From: Zootoca vivipara | Lineage: Eukaryota | Direction: 5' to 3' | Length of the DNA stretch: 64,000 nt | NCBI RefSeq assembly: GCF_963506605.1 | Contig: NC_083278.1 | Coordinates: forward strand, 59,892,001-59,956,000 | Shown here: piece by piece, positions 12,949 to 25,949 of the stretch | How the letters are laid out: every line of letters begins with the position of its first letter | Position numbering within the stretch: the stretch's first letter is position 1 | Made by a program: the position numbers and the translations under genes | Notes under the pieces: model-generated | Told to the model about the DNA's origin: nothing | The model's input: only the letters and a program-made list of their open reading frames with translations | Database searches by the model: none

Positions 12949-13894
12949 TGCTAAGTGGTATATAAATTATGGAAGTAATAAATAAACTCATTGAAGGTGT
13001 CTAGCCTTGTCACATGATATCTGGGGTGGGATCAGTGTCACAGTCCCATTCCTTCTATGCTGGAGCGCCCTATACACTAGACTGCATGGATAGGGATCTA
13101 GTCGTGCTTGATATGATACATAAGTCAGTGCTACTACATGTGTGGCATTTACATAATCCTGAGGGAGTGAAGGGAATAATAAAAGAGCAGCAAATGACAT
13201 GGCTTCCTCTTAACAAACAAGCAAACTTTGTTTCCCTTTCACACTCTGAACAGAGTTTTGGGACCATTTGGTGTTTACATCAAGGCAGGAAAAATAAGCC
13301 CACCCAGCAAATGCGGACAAGTGTGATGACTTGAGCTAGAGGCCTCCACACTTTAATGGAGAGGTAAGTATGATGTAGTGAGTGAAATGACAAAATGACA
13401 AATGTCTGCTTCAGCTTCATTCCAAGTTTTGTGCTGTCTTTGAACATACTGGCTTAATCTGTAATGCCCTCTAACAATGTTTGTTACATATGCATGTCCT
13501 TCATAAGTATGTCATGAATTTTAGGGAACAGAACTTTACTTGTTTGTGTTGCATACATAGGTTCCAGTGACTTTACTAGAAGTTATGTGCATTCACATGG
13601 ACAAAAATAGTAATGGACAGAAATGACTATGGGGTAGGTTGATATACGTGTCTACATTATTATGAGCAGCATTCTAATTCATCCTGCCAGTGCAAGGATT
13701 TCTGCCTGTGCAATGGGACTTCCTCCCTGTCCCCATGCCTATCCATGCCCTCACCAAATCTGCTCCAGAGGGTTGGGGGAACCCCTAGAACAAATTTAGA
13801 GGGCATGCAGCAGGAGGAGAGGGGGAAAATATTTTGTTGAGCCAAGCACTGACAGAATGGTTGCCTTAGTGCTCTGTTACATTTTACCCTAGAT

Positions 13895-14030
13895 CAGGTA
13901 TCTCCAAACTTCAGCCCTCCAGATGTTTTGGACTACAATTCCCATCTTCCCCGACCACTGGTCCTGTTAGCTAGGGATCATGGGAGTTGTAGGCCAAAAC
14001 ATCTGGAGGGCCGCAGTTTGGGGATGCCTG
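13895..14030. mobile_element. 136-bp palindromic hAT MITE, same family as 12813
   Basis: Same internal sequence in the opposite orientation; TSD CCCTAGAT (13887-13894 / 14031-14038). Confidence 0.92.
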
Positions 14031-14377
14031 CCCTAGATGTCTAACCACTAGATGTTAGCAGCTGAACACAAGAATTACTTCTCGTGGGAAGAAAAGTGCT
14101 CCTGGTGATGTGAAACTGTTTGAGTCAACCCTTGAAGCCCTGCCCTATGGTAGGGACTGCAGCTTTGCATTTAGAAGGTCCCTCATTTAATCATGTCCAA
14201 TTTAAAGGGTTCAGATAGCAGGGGATGGGAAACAGCTCTGCCAAATACCCTGCTGCTACTCAGCATACCAGGCTAGATGGACAAATTGTTTGACCTTTCC
14301 TGGGTGTCATGGAAGAAGCAGGAAACATGGGAAATTACCCTTTTTATGGCTTTTGCAGCAGGAGTGGGGAACATGAA

Positions 14378-14495
14378 GCCCTTCAGATGTTGTTGGACTC
14401 CAGTTCCCATCACTCGCATTCAGCTTGGTTCATGGTTGGTCAGGGTTGATGGGACTTGTAGACCAGCAACATATGGAGGTCTACAGATTGTGTTT
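14378..14495. mobile_element. Degenerate relative of the palindromic hAT MITE
   Basis: 'gcccttcagatgttgttggactccagttcccatca ... tgatgggacttgtagaccagcaacatatggagg' retains the imperfect palindrome. Confidence 0.6.
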
Positions 14496-15744
14496 TAAAA
14501 GACACAACCAGCTAAAACAGGAGTAGAGATACCACCTTTGCAGAATATTATTAAATAACTGGAGACCCGATTCTTTTTTTTTTCTTTTTCTGGTAGAACT
14601 TAAAGCATGGCATTTTCCACTAAGCTAGAAAAAGTCCATGTTCAAAATAAGGGAAGGAACAAAAATATGCTTTAGCCTGCTATTGAAGAAAGTATGTTCA
14701 GTGCCTAAGGCAATTGTTCAAGAACATTGCATGCTTATCTCTTGACTGATTGCTCTAGAATGCTGCCAAGGTCAGTGGAATATTGGGTTATGTGTCATAT
14801 GAATGCCAGTTTCTTAATGATTAAAAATATAGCAACCTAAGTATGTGAAGTTTTAAAAAAAGTTGCTGCATTTCTTGATTTAGAACTGCAGAAAATCAAA
14901 ATGTATCTGTACCAACATCCATGTGCCTCTATTTTTAATATTCACAAATCAGCTATAACCACTCCTGTACTGTTCTGCCTGAATAAAAAAATACTACTAG
15001 TCTCAATAAGGAAAGACTCTCTCTCTCTCTCAACACAACCCTTTTGAAAATAATCCTCTCATATCTATCGTGTCTAGAACAGATAGTCTGGCATGGAAAA
15101 CAACAGTTCATAACTATCACAAATTGAAGTCTTTAACAAAAGATTGCTTTTCTTAGAACTATTCTTCCTGGTTAATCAAGAGGCTACTGCATCAAAATAC
15201 TTTCCCTCTGAAATATAGATTCAGTCTGCTACAGTTGCACGGCTAGGTTAGTTCAAGAGCTGATTCTCACATTGCATTGTTTTAAATTATTAGATCTATG
15301 GTCACATCCGAAAGCATGTATTATGCCAGAAGGAGATTGCTGTGCCAGAGTTTTTCAGAGTTTTCCTCCCTGATAGATCTGTTAAAAAAACGATTTATAA
15401 ATTTCTTTTGGAAAAGTGTCAGTCATTTTCCTAACCTGTGAAGCTGTGACTGATTTGGAATCTGAGCCTGTATTGCCCACATCCAAATCCAATATTTTGT
15501 ATTCAATGGACAACACATTACATAAGGTTGAGTAAAAATGAACTTTAACTCCCTTGACCAATTTGCCCTTCTCACACTGTTTGCTTCCATTTCATAAAGC
15601 TGCCTATGTGCCAGTACTAGTAAGCGATGACCTAGAAAGAAAGGAGGGAGCTGTATTGTGGTCAGAGGCTACACGGCTAAGCATGTCATTACAGTTGGTA
15701 TTGGTTCTTCATTCCCAGTCTAGAAGAGGATTTCTGGTCCTGTG

Positions 15745-15910
15745 TAGGGGTGGGCAAATCTGTCACTTTCAGCTTCTGTCAGTCTCATTTTTCCAATCAT
15801 AAGCTCAGTTGTTCACATTTCCACTTCAGCTTGCAATGCTTTTTTTTTTTAAAAAAAACAAATCTTCATGAAAATGCACCAGCATTTTAGTGGAAATTTC
15901 TCCCAACATC
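15745..15910. mobile_element. Old interspersed repeat, probably a hAT terminus (TAGGG start)
   Basis: Shares sequence with 35690-35850 ('aatctgtca.tttcag.ttct...catttccac.tcag.ttg...ttcatgaaaat.cac'). Confidence 0.5.
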
Positions 15911-17071
15911 AGTATGATGTTTAAAACTGATACGATACAGATGAGAAGCTGGCCTAACTATAAAACCAATCCCTCTACTCTCTCTCCAAAATAAACTCAA
16001 GCACCAAAGACCCTTGAAATACCTTCAAACGCCTGGGAGAAGAATAATTTTGCATGACACCAAAAATACGTCCAGGTCAACTGCAGGAGAGCTTCTATAG
16101 ACAGAAGGGCCACTCCTGAAAAGGCTGTTCTCTAATAGCCATCCTTTGGATTGCTGGACATAGGAGATGATCAGAACCCGGCCAGGTGGGCGGGATATAA
16201 ATAATAAATTATTATTATTATTATTATCTCATATGGGGAAAGGTATTCTGCAAGGTTCTGTTTCTATGGACACCACAGGGATTGCACATCTTATCTACCA
16301 TACTGATTAAAAGTTTGTTGTTGAGGTGAAACTTGAACTAAGGCTTTTCCTGACCCACAGCTCACACTGTCTTGTTAAGTTAATATGCTGGGAAGAAGTG
16401 GAGCAGACTCTACTCTGGCAACATTCCCATGAATAAAATGTTCAGAAGCAGGACACCTATTTCTCTTTGAGAAGGAGCCACTGTCTGGCTCCTTCTTGAC
16501 CTTCACCTCTCCCAGCAACAGTCCCTATCCAGAGCTTTTTTTAAAGTGTCATGTCCACATCAACAGAGCTATAGAAAAGATTGATAAATCAGAAGGTAGC
16601 TTTAGCTGCTGTATTTCTATTTTGGTACAATGTAAGTTCTGTCTGTTATTCAGATGAAATAGCATCTTCAAGATGTAGTTTAATGAGATGTTCAAATAGC
16701 TAGATTTTTCACTTGAATTCATTTAATTTAACATCCTCAGTTTAAACACCTATTAACATGACACAAAGAAACAACAGAGAGAACCAGTTCTCATTGAAAT
16801 AGACTTTTGTATTAATATTTTTACAACAGCTTCTTTAACTTCATTTATTTATTCTAACGTCTAGTGAGCAGTCATTTGTAGAGTACTTTTAAGAACATAG
16901 ATTATACTAGGGTCTGGTTTAAACATATGACAGGTAAGTATTGTTTTTAAAAAACCATATCCATGCACTTCAGTTCGCATTGAAACAGCATTGTTGACAA
17001 CCGCTCATCATGCCACATAAGAATACTAGGCAGCTGTGTTGTGGGAACACTCTGGGTTGATGTATTCATAT

Positions 17072-17530
17072 TCACAGAATCACAGAATTGTAGAGTTGGA
17101 AAGGACTTTGAGGATCATCTAGTCCAATGCCCTGCAATGCAGGAATCTCAACTAAAACATCCATGACACATGGCCACCCAACTTCTGCTCAAAGGAAGGA
17201 AAACTGCTCAAAGGAAGGAAACTTCTGCTCAAAGGAAGGAAAACCCACCATCTTCCGAAGGAGTCCGTTCCACTGTTACTGTGAGAAAGTTCTTCCTGAT
17301 GTTCAGCTGGAATCTCCTTTCTTATAACTTGAAGCCATTGGTTTGGGTCCAACCCTCTGGAGCAGGAGAAAGCAAGCTTTCTCTATCTTCCATGTGACAG
17401 CCTTTTAGATATTTGAAGATTTGCGCATTCTCATATTTTCCATGCTAAAACATACCCAACTTCCTCAACTGATCCTCACATGTTCCAGCTTGTCAATATC
17501 CTTAAATTGTGGCGCTCAGAACTGGACAAT
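17072..17530 (-). mobile_element. CR1 LINE 3' fragment with an internal ~20-bp triplication (17180-17244)
   Basis: (CACAGAAT)2 tail, 'tagagttggaaaggac...catctagtccaa' and 'gtgagaaagttcttcctgatgttcagctggaatctc'. CTGCTCAAAGGAAGGAAA occurs three times. Confidence 0.8.
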
Positions 17531-19567
17531 TTAAACATAGCAATGAATACATGGAACCCTTCATGGGCAAGGTTTTAAGAAAGCAGCTTGTGCCATGTTT
17601 AGACTAAGCCTATCTAGCATATGACAACAGTTTTATATACAGACAGTACCACCTTACTGCCTTGTTTCTATAATGAGATATGGGTTAGCCCAAATAGGCC
17701 CTGTTGTAAGAAATAGATTTCAAACATTTTTTTTTACAGAGTAGACCATGTCTGATGGGTATTTCATGGTCTGAAGGCTACTTCTTGTCCCATTGTTATC
17801 TATTCTATTCCATTCAGTTGTATTAATTTGAACCAGTATTCAGTCTGCAATACTATAAGTGTGCATATGTAAGTGTGTAAATGCCATCAAACTTAATTGG
17901 ACTGAGTAGACATCCTTTGGTTCACACTGTCAGGGAGATACAGTATTCCAATATCAATATTGTTCGGATTGGACTGTAAGGCTAAAAAGCAGTAGGAAGC
18001 ATATTGATCAAGAAAAAAGGGTCCTAAAGAGTAGCAATGTAGGTTTGCTCCCAGTTTGTTTATCATGCAGAAAACCAATATTACTTCCACTCTTTAGAAG
18101 ACTGCACCTCTCTTCTTTTCAGCACAATTGCATTCTGCAAGCTATCATCTATTCTGTTGCTTTTAAAAATGTGCTTTCTAAAGGTTTTTCCCCAAACTAC
18201 AGAACTGTCTTGATGCTCTAGTGAATTTTCATGGTCAGCTATTCTTAGTAAATATTTCCACTCTATAAACCTTTCCTTGAGAATTGCACTGCTTAGTGCA
18301 GGCTGGCACCTATTTTCTTTTCTTTTTCTAGAAAAATCACTCATGGGAAACAGAAAGCAGCAGTGCCCGATGTATCAGTACCGTATATATGCAATGCTGA
18401 TGGGTTGGTGTGCACCTCACTCTTTTGAGGAGCACCTGTTTTGGTCTTCGTTTCCTTTCAGAGGTGATCTCTTCAAAGGGAACAAAACCTATCCACACAG
18501 AAGAAAAGAGTGGTTCCTGGTAACATTTTGCCTCTGTCTTCCTGCCCCTTGCATGGAATATGAGGATGTTGGATTATAATTTCCAAGGGAGTGGAAATTG
18601 CTGATGTCCGCTTATTGGGCTCATGTCTGGAAAGGAAATAAATCCAGTGAATATGATCGGAATTTGCCGTGGTTGTTGCTTTCAGTCTGCAAACACTATG
18701 TAATTGATTTTCATCCATTTACATTGTTTCCTTTGCATTGAAATGAATGAGGTGAATGAAAGACGGTAACGTAACTTACATGGTGTAATTTTGCCACAGT
18801 GGACATTGGGATGAATAATGTAGTATTTCCCCAACATTTCAATCTACCTCTTCCTTGGAATCACTGGGGACCACATGAGAAGGACCCTATGAGTATCCCA
18901 TGTCTCTAACACATGGCCTCTCACAACAGAAATATTTGAATATTATGGTCTGGGAAAAGGTGGAGGCATTGCCCAAAACACAATCCTATCAGTCCTGTTG
19001 TTATTCAGTAGAAAAACCTCAAAAGGCTTGTCAGCAGCAGCTAAAGCAGCTTAGACCCCAAATGCTAGTAAATAGTGTAGGAGGCATTGTTAAAATAGGG
19101 AGGCAGGAAACTTACTTGAGATAAACCGGACAGTAGATCTTCCACTCTCTGCTCAGCTTTATAATGGGCAAAGGAGTTCACTCAGGGCAAAGGAGAACAC
19201 CCAGAACTCCTCTGAGTAAATTTCAAGACAGACAAAAGACCCAGTGATGCAGACTGGGCCAGTAGCAGATGAACCTGAAAATTCCTTGTGATGCATCCTT
19301 TATTTGTAAAGCGGCTTACAAACAATGATAACATGATACAACATAATAGACCATCACAAATACAGCAAGAATCACATAGAATAATTAAATCACCAATGAA
19401 ACAATTACAATCTATAAAACACTGTTAACAAAGCAACAAGCTAAAAACAAGCTAAACGTTACAATTAAAGAAGTTCTATTATATAATTAACAAATCAATA
19501 TAGCATTTATATTGCAAGCATTGTTAAGTTCACACTCTCCACACCCCCATGACTCACAATCTTCTCA

Positions 19568-19680
19568 ATAATAATAATAATAATAATAATAATATTTTAT
19601 TTGTACCCCACCCATCTGGCTGAGTCTCCCCAGCCACTCTGGGTGACTCCCAATCGAATATCCAAACAATACAGCAATAG
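19568..19680 (-). mobile_element. L2 LINE 3' tail fragment
   Basis: (AAT)n followed by 'tacccacccatctggctgagtctccccagccactctgggtgactccca', the same tail as at 31861 and 52028. Confidence 0.75.
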
Positions 19681-20412
19681 CACAATTACAAAAGTCACGA
19701 ACAATACATAACCGAATGTAAAACAATTTCCACATAAATCAAAATCTAAAACTAAGAATACAGCCTTAATAAAATGACATAGGTAAAAAATAACAGGATT
19801 TTTTTAAAAAAGCAAAACAAAACAGAGCCCTCTCTGCCCAGCAGCAGCAGCAGCAGTAGTTCTTATAGGCCTTGGCGCCGCCCTGGGCCAGGTGGTGAGT
19901 GGCAGGACTGGGGCCTTCAGGCGCTGAGCAGGGGAGTCCTCACATAATGTCCATGGAAGCAAACCCATCCTGAAAGTTCCTCGGGCTGGAGTGAAGGTGA
20001 ATGGAGAGAACCTGGAATTCCCATTGTGCAAGTGGATTTCTGTTGTGCAGGTGGGTGGACATAATTGGATGTCACTCAATGTCAAGGGCTGGCTCTTCCC
20101 AAACGAAGCGATCTGCATCCTGTGATCATCACCTGTGATCATCACAGGAGGCCCTTCTTTGTGTGCCTCCTCAAGAAGAGGTCCAAAGTGTAGCAACACA
20201 AGAGCAGGCCTTTTCTGCAGTGGCTCTCCACTTGTGGAAAGTTTTCCTCAGGGAGGCTTACCTGGTGCTGGGCAAAAACATTCTGCTTCTCCTAGGCCTT
20301 GGCTACTTAAACAATCTACTGTATGACCTTTTAAACTGGTGTGTGTCTGTGATTCTTGGACAAAGGGTGGTATGGAAACAACAGCAGCAACAACAATTGA
20401 TAGTTACAGGTA

Positions 20413-20545
20413 GGTAGCTGTGTTGGTCTGACGTCGAAACAAAATAAAAATAAAATAGAAAAATTCCTTCCAGTAGCACCTTAGAAGAAGTGCGTATCTG
20501 AAGAAGTGTGCATGCACACGAAAGCTCATACCAATGACAAACAAT
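20413..20545 (+). mobile_element. Penelope-like element terminal (pLTR) fragment
   Basis: 'gtagctgtgttggtctg...ttccttccagtagcaccttaga' and 'ctgaagaagtgtgcatgcacacgaaagctcatacc' are typical of reptile Penelope-like element ends. Confidence 0.7.
20494..20531 (+). ncRNA. Minimal type I hammerhead ribozyme motif
   Basis: GUAU-CUGAAGA-A-GUGUG(CAUG)CACAC-GAAA-GC-UC^AUAC: both catalytic boxes present, 5-bp stem II, palindromic AGCU in place of stem III, 4-bp stem I (GUAU/AUAC). Confidence 0.75.
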
Positions 20546-21398
20546 TGATAGGTTGTTCTGCAGTTGATCAAAGATCAAGTCATTAGATCAGTAAGGTGGA
20601 AATGTAATGAGTAAACTGAAAAAATAAATTGGATGCTTTAGAAAACAAACTTAGCTATAAGATTCTGAAAAATGGGAGTAGAAGAAAGTGAAAAATGTGT
20701 TGACAACTTAAACGTGCAAATTGAAGAACTGAAAAATAAAGCAAAGAGAAACAATTTGTTAATATTAGGTCTCCCAGAGTGGCTCTAGCAGTCTGCTTAC
20801 ACTTCATGGATTTCCTCAATTTACTAATTTCTAGTCCCATACAAAAAAACCCCACAAAACATATTTGTCAAGCAAGGGAAATGAATAGTGACTCATCAGC
20901 AGACAAGAAGAGATATCTCTGTAGCATCTGAAAATGTTCTAGGTGGCAGATCTTTCAGATGTATTTGTGTAGATGATCATACCGTTGTGGTTCCTGATCT
21001 TGCAACGTGCTTCCCAGGGAGGCTAGCCTGGTGCCAAGTCTCATGTCTTTTCACCATCGGGCGAATTACTCTTATTTGCTCAGGTGCTTTGGCTGTTGAC
21101 TTCTAATGCTCTTTTAAACTGATTTCTTTGTTTTCTCCTCCTGCTGCTACTGTTTTATGCTGCTTTTACATAATTGATTGCTATTTCATGTTTTAATCCA
21201 TTAGCCACTCTGCAAGGTTTTTTTTTTAAAATACAGTATAAAAACCCCCGTAACAGCAGGATAAAGTGATAATAAAAGTAAACTGACTTGTCCTTTCCTT
21301 TGCCTTTTTTCCTCTTAGGGTTTACAGATGGAAAAGAAAAGAACATTACCATTTGAAAACATGCAACCATTCATGAAATCAACCTCCAAGAACATCTA

Positions 21399-21644
21399 GA
21401 GAGCCAGTGTGGTGTAGTGGTTAAGAGCGGTAGACTCGTAATCTGGGGAACCGGGTTTGTGTCTCCGCTCCTCCACATGCAGCTGCTGGGTGACCTTGGG
21501 CTAGTCACACTTCTTTAAAGTCTCTCAGCCCCACTCACCTCACAGAGTGTTTGTTGTGGGGGAGGAAGGGAAAGGAGAACGTTAGCTGCTTTGAGACTCC
21601 TTTGGGTAGTGATAAAGCGGGATATCAAATCCAAACTCTTCTTT
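21399..21644 (+). mobile_element. tRNA-derived CORE SINE (Squam3-like)
   Basis: GAGAGCCAGTGTGGTGTAGTGGTTAAGAGCGG A-box, CORE 'gggtgaccttgggctagtcac' and CTT tail; matches 9914-10162. Confidence 0.85.
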
Positions 21645-22141
21645 CTGACTTAATAAAACCTATGAACAATTGGTAGATACCAAACTTTGTCCACCAGCCT
21701 TGCCTCTTGATCCCACCTTGTTCAGTCATTTTTAGCCACCTTCCTTCAAGCCCTGAACTGCCTAAAATTATACCCAGAGCTCATTTCTGTATTCCTGAGT
21801 ACTTTTATTTTATTGTACCCATATTCCTACTTGACTCTTCTCACAAGGCTATATGCGTTCTTATCCTGCACATTCATGTATGCAAAAGTGATCGCTTCTA
21901 AACTCTTATCAGGGGAACCATGCACACAAAACTGAAGCATCCGGAGGCCATCTGCATTCTCCAGCTTCCATATTGTGTATGTGGCTCCACTGATAAAAAG
22001 CAAGAAATTGCCACTCTGCATAAATTAATACACAGGAACGAGAATGGTTTGTGTGAGTAAGCTAAGTAAGCTTATTGTTGGCAACTGAACAGCCAACAAG
22101 TTTGTTGGTTTGATCTGCGGTTAAGTAATGTTGGTTTACTG

Positions 22142-22277
22142 CAGGCATGTCAAACCTGCGGCCCTCCAGATGTTTTGGACTACAATTCCCATCTTCCCCA
22201 ACCACTGGTCCTGCTAGCTAGGGATCATGTGAGTTGTAGGCCAAAACATCTGGAGGGCCGCAGGTTTGACATGCCTG
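22142..22277. mobile_element. 136-bp palindromic hAT MITE
   Basis: Perfect TIR CAGGCATGTCAAACCTGCGGCCCTCCAGATGTTTTGG and TSD GTTTACTG (22134-22141 / 22278-22285). Confidence 0.92.
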
Positions 22278-25200
22278 GTTTACTGGATTGCACCGAAGGG
22301 CAAAACTCGGGAAAGGCAATAATAATGGGTTGTAGTCAGTTCACTTTTACTCAAGAGTAGAGCCACTAAAATTAATAACCATGGCCATATTAGAGCCAGT
22401 AAAGTTTAGCTGAATACAACCCAATGTATATGACTCAGATTGCAATCTTAGGCACATTCAGTAGGATGTTGTAGGGATTCAGAGAGGAAAGGAAAAACAC
22501 GTACTGTCTACCACCTTGAGCTCCTTGGAGAAAAAGGTAGGATAGAAATGCAATCCATCCATCCACCCATCCATCAAAATACATACAGGACTCTCTTGCA
22601 AATGCCACTCAGAATTTCAGTGGTTTTCTATCCCTTGGTCAAGATTTCTACTGCTTTCTATTTCAGCTGGTATACCCGATATACTTCAAGTCAACATGTC
22701 CTTCATCTATAGTCCTATGGCTGTTCTTTGACACATGTGTTTTCTCATATTTCTGGATTGGCAGAATAACTGGTAGATGTACCTACTTCAGTTTTTAAAA
22801 AAGTAGAATCCAGAAGCACTGAGTATAAATGAAGATGTTCCACTAGGCCTATAAAAGATTACATGGTGATACCAATTAAACATTGTTGAATGCACTTGAA
22901 ATTTCGCATTGCATTTTCTCTCTCTCCAGCAATCAGAAACCACATCACTGTAGGAAAATTAGTGCTCCTAAGTGATTTTCCAAGCCAAATAATTTCTAAA
23001 GAAGCGGTGATGAATGGGCCTATTAGTATCCCTTGCCTCACTGGAAGTGACAGTACCTGCAAGAAGAAAAAAGTTATTTCTTAATCACTCAGTGAAATGT
23101 AGGTATCACATGTAATCTTCATTTAATAGCCTACAGCCAGATAAATATAAACTTAATCATCACTGGGCTTATTCATGCACTATTATTATTCATTAACATT
23201 GGGCAGATGCCTTAATAATGATCAAGGCTAGATCTTTAGTGCTCATAAAATAAATTTGATTTTGTATGGGCAGAATAGAGCATTGACCACTTGTATCTTG
23301 CAGCAAAAGCAAGCAGAGAGAGGCAAAACAAAACTCACCGCTGGCCAGGAACCCAAGAACTATCAGGTATAACCATGGGATTAAGGAAGGCCCATGGCAT
23401 TTTACTTCCACAGACAGACAACCACTATGTATGTATCACATACTACTTGTGAAATAGTTTCAAAAGAGCTTTGCCACATGACAAACTCTGAAGTTCCTGG
23501 AGGGGGGCGCATGGAATAAGGCACATGGAACCACAAATAAGCAAAGAGAAACCCCAACCCTGAACAAAACAACATGTAGAGGCTTTTGCACAAAACCTGG
23601 TAAACAAATAAGAATTGTAGTACTCAAGTTACATGGCTTGTAAAATATCTGCATAATTTTAATTGGTTAATCCAATCAAACTATTCTGGCACTCCATCTT
23701 TTCTTGTCTTTCACTCCACTGTCTCTTTATTTCTGTTTTCCCCTAACTCTTGTGGTCTCCCACTTTCTCAATGTGCTCTATCTACCTTTCTCCAATCTCC
23801 TGGATTACTCAATTTTCATTCCTACCTCCCCCTGCCCCTGCTCCTATTCCTTTTGTTGCTTAGTTTTTTGTTCAGCTGCCCAGATGCCAATCAGGGCCTT
23901 GAAAAACAGAGCTTAAACAGGAAGCAGGAAAGAGGGTCACTCCTCAAATATCCTCCTTTGGCTCTATGTAATTTTCAGTGGGGTGGGGGAAGTTACCATC
24001 CTTGCCACCAAGGGGAACTATGCTGACAACCCCAGCGTTAAATGTTGGAAATTAATTTGTGAACCAGTTCTATGCTACTTAGTAGTACAAGGCATTATTT
24101 TCTGAAGATTCTTTTTGATTTGGGCTTGAGCGCTAGCAGAATTTCCAGGAATATCATCTGGATCCCCTTCCACAAAAAAAGGAAAAATTGGCATTTCCTG
24201 TGAAAAAAACAGCACATTTTGGAAAGCCCCAATTAGAATGATAGAAGAATGCAGATGTGAAACCAGCTAATGAGACATACACTTCCCTAAATCTGGACGC
24301 CCACATCTTTGCTTTGCAGAGCTTGACATATGCACAAGTTGTTCTAAAAAATATGTCAAAAAATTCCCCCCTGCAAGAAGTTTACACTCTAATTGTGACT
24401 AATACAACACTTGGAACAGAAAGAACCAGAATGACATCAAAGCGGGTGGAATGAAAACATGGGATTTGCCACATCCGATCAGATCATTGGTCCATGAAGT
24501 TTAAGGGCTTGCTACCAGCAGTGGTCAGACTGCTGCGCTATAAAGGAACTGGCTACAAAAAAAGAAAAGAAAAGAAAAAAGCTAGCACACAATGCTCTAT
24601 GGGATGTACTCCTTTAGAAATCGTGTAAATAGAATTGTCCACTGCAGATAACTTAAAATCAAAATGATGAGGAACCCGAAGACATTTTGTGCTGAAGAAT
24701 GAAAGCATATCTGTGACCAATATGTTGACCAAATTCATCGTTGGGAAAACAGAATTCCTTTTAAGACTGCCAAGTTCAGTGACTGCACGGGTTATGTCTC
24801 CACTGTGTACAAAAATGCTATTTTGAATACTAGAGCTGCTTGGAATAACGTTGTTATGTTTTTCCATTAATGAATGCTCCGATCCATTCATTATTCTTTC
24901 ATGGCACTGCTTTCCCCCCCAATTCCAACCAGTTTTCTATTTTCCTTTTTCACATACATATTCTTTCCACCTCTGATCTATCAGAACAAACTACTACTGC
25001 CTGAAGAGAAAGAATATTGAACATTTTTATTAGGTTTGTGGTGAAAATCTTACACATGTAGCAAAATTTAGCATTTCCCTTCCTGTATAGCTTTCACAGA
25101 TATCCAGTCATAAAATATGTCCTATGCAGGTTTGCTCAGAAATAGGCCCCACTGAGCGCATTGAGACTCCCAAGTATGCGTAGATTGGTCATCAGTCTAA

Positions 25201-25371
25201 GTAGACCTAAGTAGACTTAGTAGGGTGCTACTAAGTGAAATAAAGATCACCCAAAGAGACAGGCTGCATAGGCACCATACAGTATGATCACATCTTACGT
25301 GGTGGTTCAAGTCCAAGGATTCTGCATATCTGGAGCTGGATTCTGGATTCTAGAGCTGTTGGGTGTCCCTT

Positions 25372-25462
25372 AAGCAAGGCAGAGAGCTTAAAAGCTCTTA
25401 TTGTTCTGGGTAGCCCAAGTGGACCTGGCACGAAAAGTGCTTTTAAGCTCTCTGCCTTGCTT
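25372..25462. repeat. 24-bp perfect inverted repeat with 43-bp spacer
   Basis: AAGCAAGGCAGAGAGCTTAAAAGC (25372-25395) is the reverse complement of 25439-25462. A partial third arm lies near 25571. Confidence 0.85.
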
Positions 25463-25599
25463 TGGAGGGCAAGGCCCTCTTGATGCACCAGTTCTGGGAT
25501 GCTATTGCAAGAGCTTATGGGGCTGCCCAATTTTGTGCCAGGATCCCTCGCCTTCTGGAGCTGGCATGCCAAGCTTAAAAGCTCTTTTTGTGGACCTAC

Positions 25600-25945
25600 T
25601 TCTTGGTAGGTCCACCACCCTCAATGGTGACTTGGGAGAGGGGATTCTCTGTGGCAGCCCCTAAATTGTGGAACTCTCTTCCCACAAAGATGCTTCTAGT
25701 GTATTCATTGTACAGCTTCTGCCATATACTGAAGATACACCTCTTTGCCCTGACCTTTATGTTATTTTTGTGGGACCTGCCTATTCTGTCCCATCCCCTC
25801 CCCATTTAACTTACACATTGCTGCATTGGTTTGGATTTTTTATTTATTTATTTTTAATATAGTTGTATCATGCTATTCTTGCAACCTGCTCTGGGACTTC
25901 ATAACGAATGGCAACTAAGAAATCTTTCAAATAAAATAAAATCAA
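25600..25945 (+). mobile_element. Old L2 LINE 3' fragment
   Basis: 'gagagggattctctgtggcagcccctaaattgtggaactctcttccc...actgaagatacacctcttt' translates as R.FSVAAPKLWNSLP...LK.HLF, the L2 ORF2 terminus. Confidence 0.7.
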
Positions 25946-25949
25946 TTAA

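Noticed and set aside
16470-16496. 11-bp hairpin AGAAGGAGCCA/TGGCTCCTTCT resembling an intrinsic terminator
   Set aside because: Eukaryotic context with no adjacent gene; short hairpins are expected from local template switching.
21399-21475. tRNA-like sequences here and at 8390-8461, 10090-10162 and 28224-28295
   Set aside because: These are SINE heads continuing into SINE bodies, without a complete cloverleaf.
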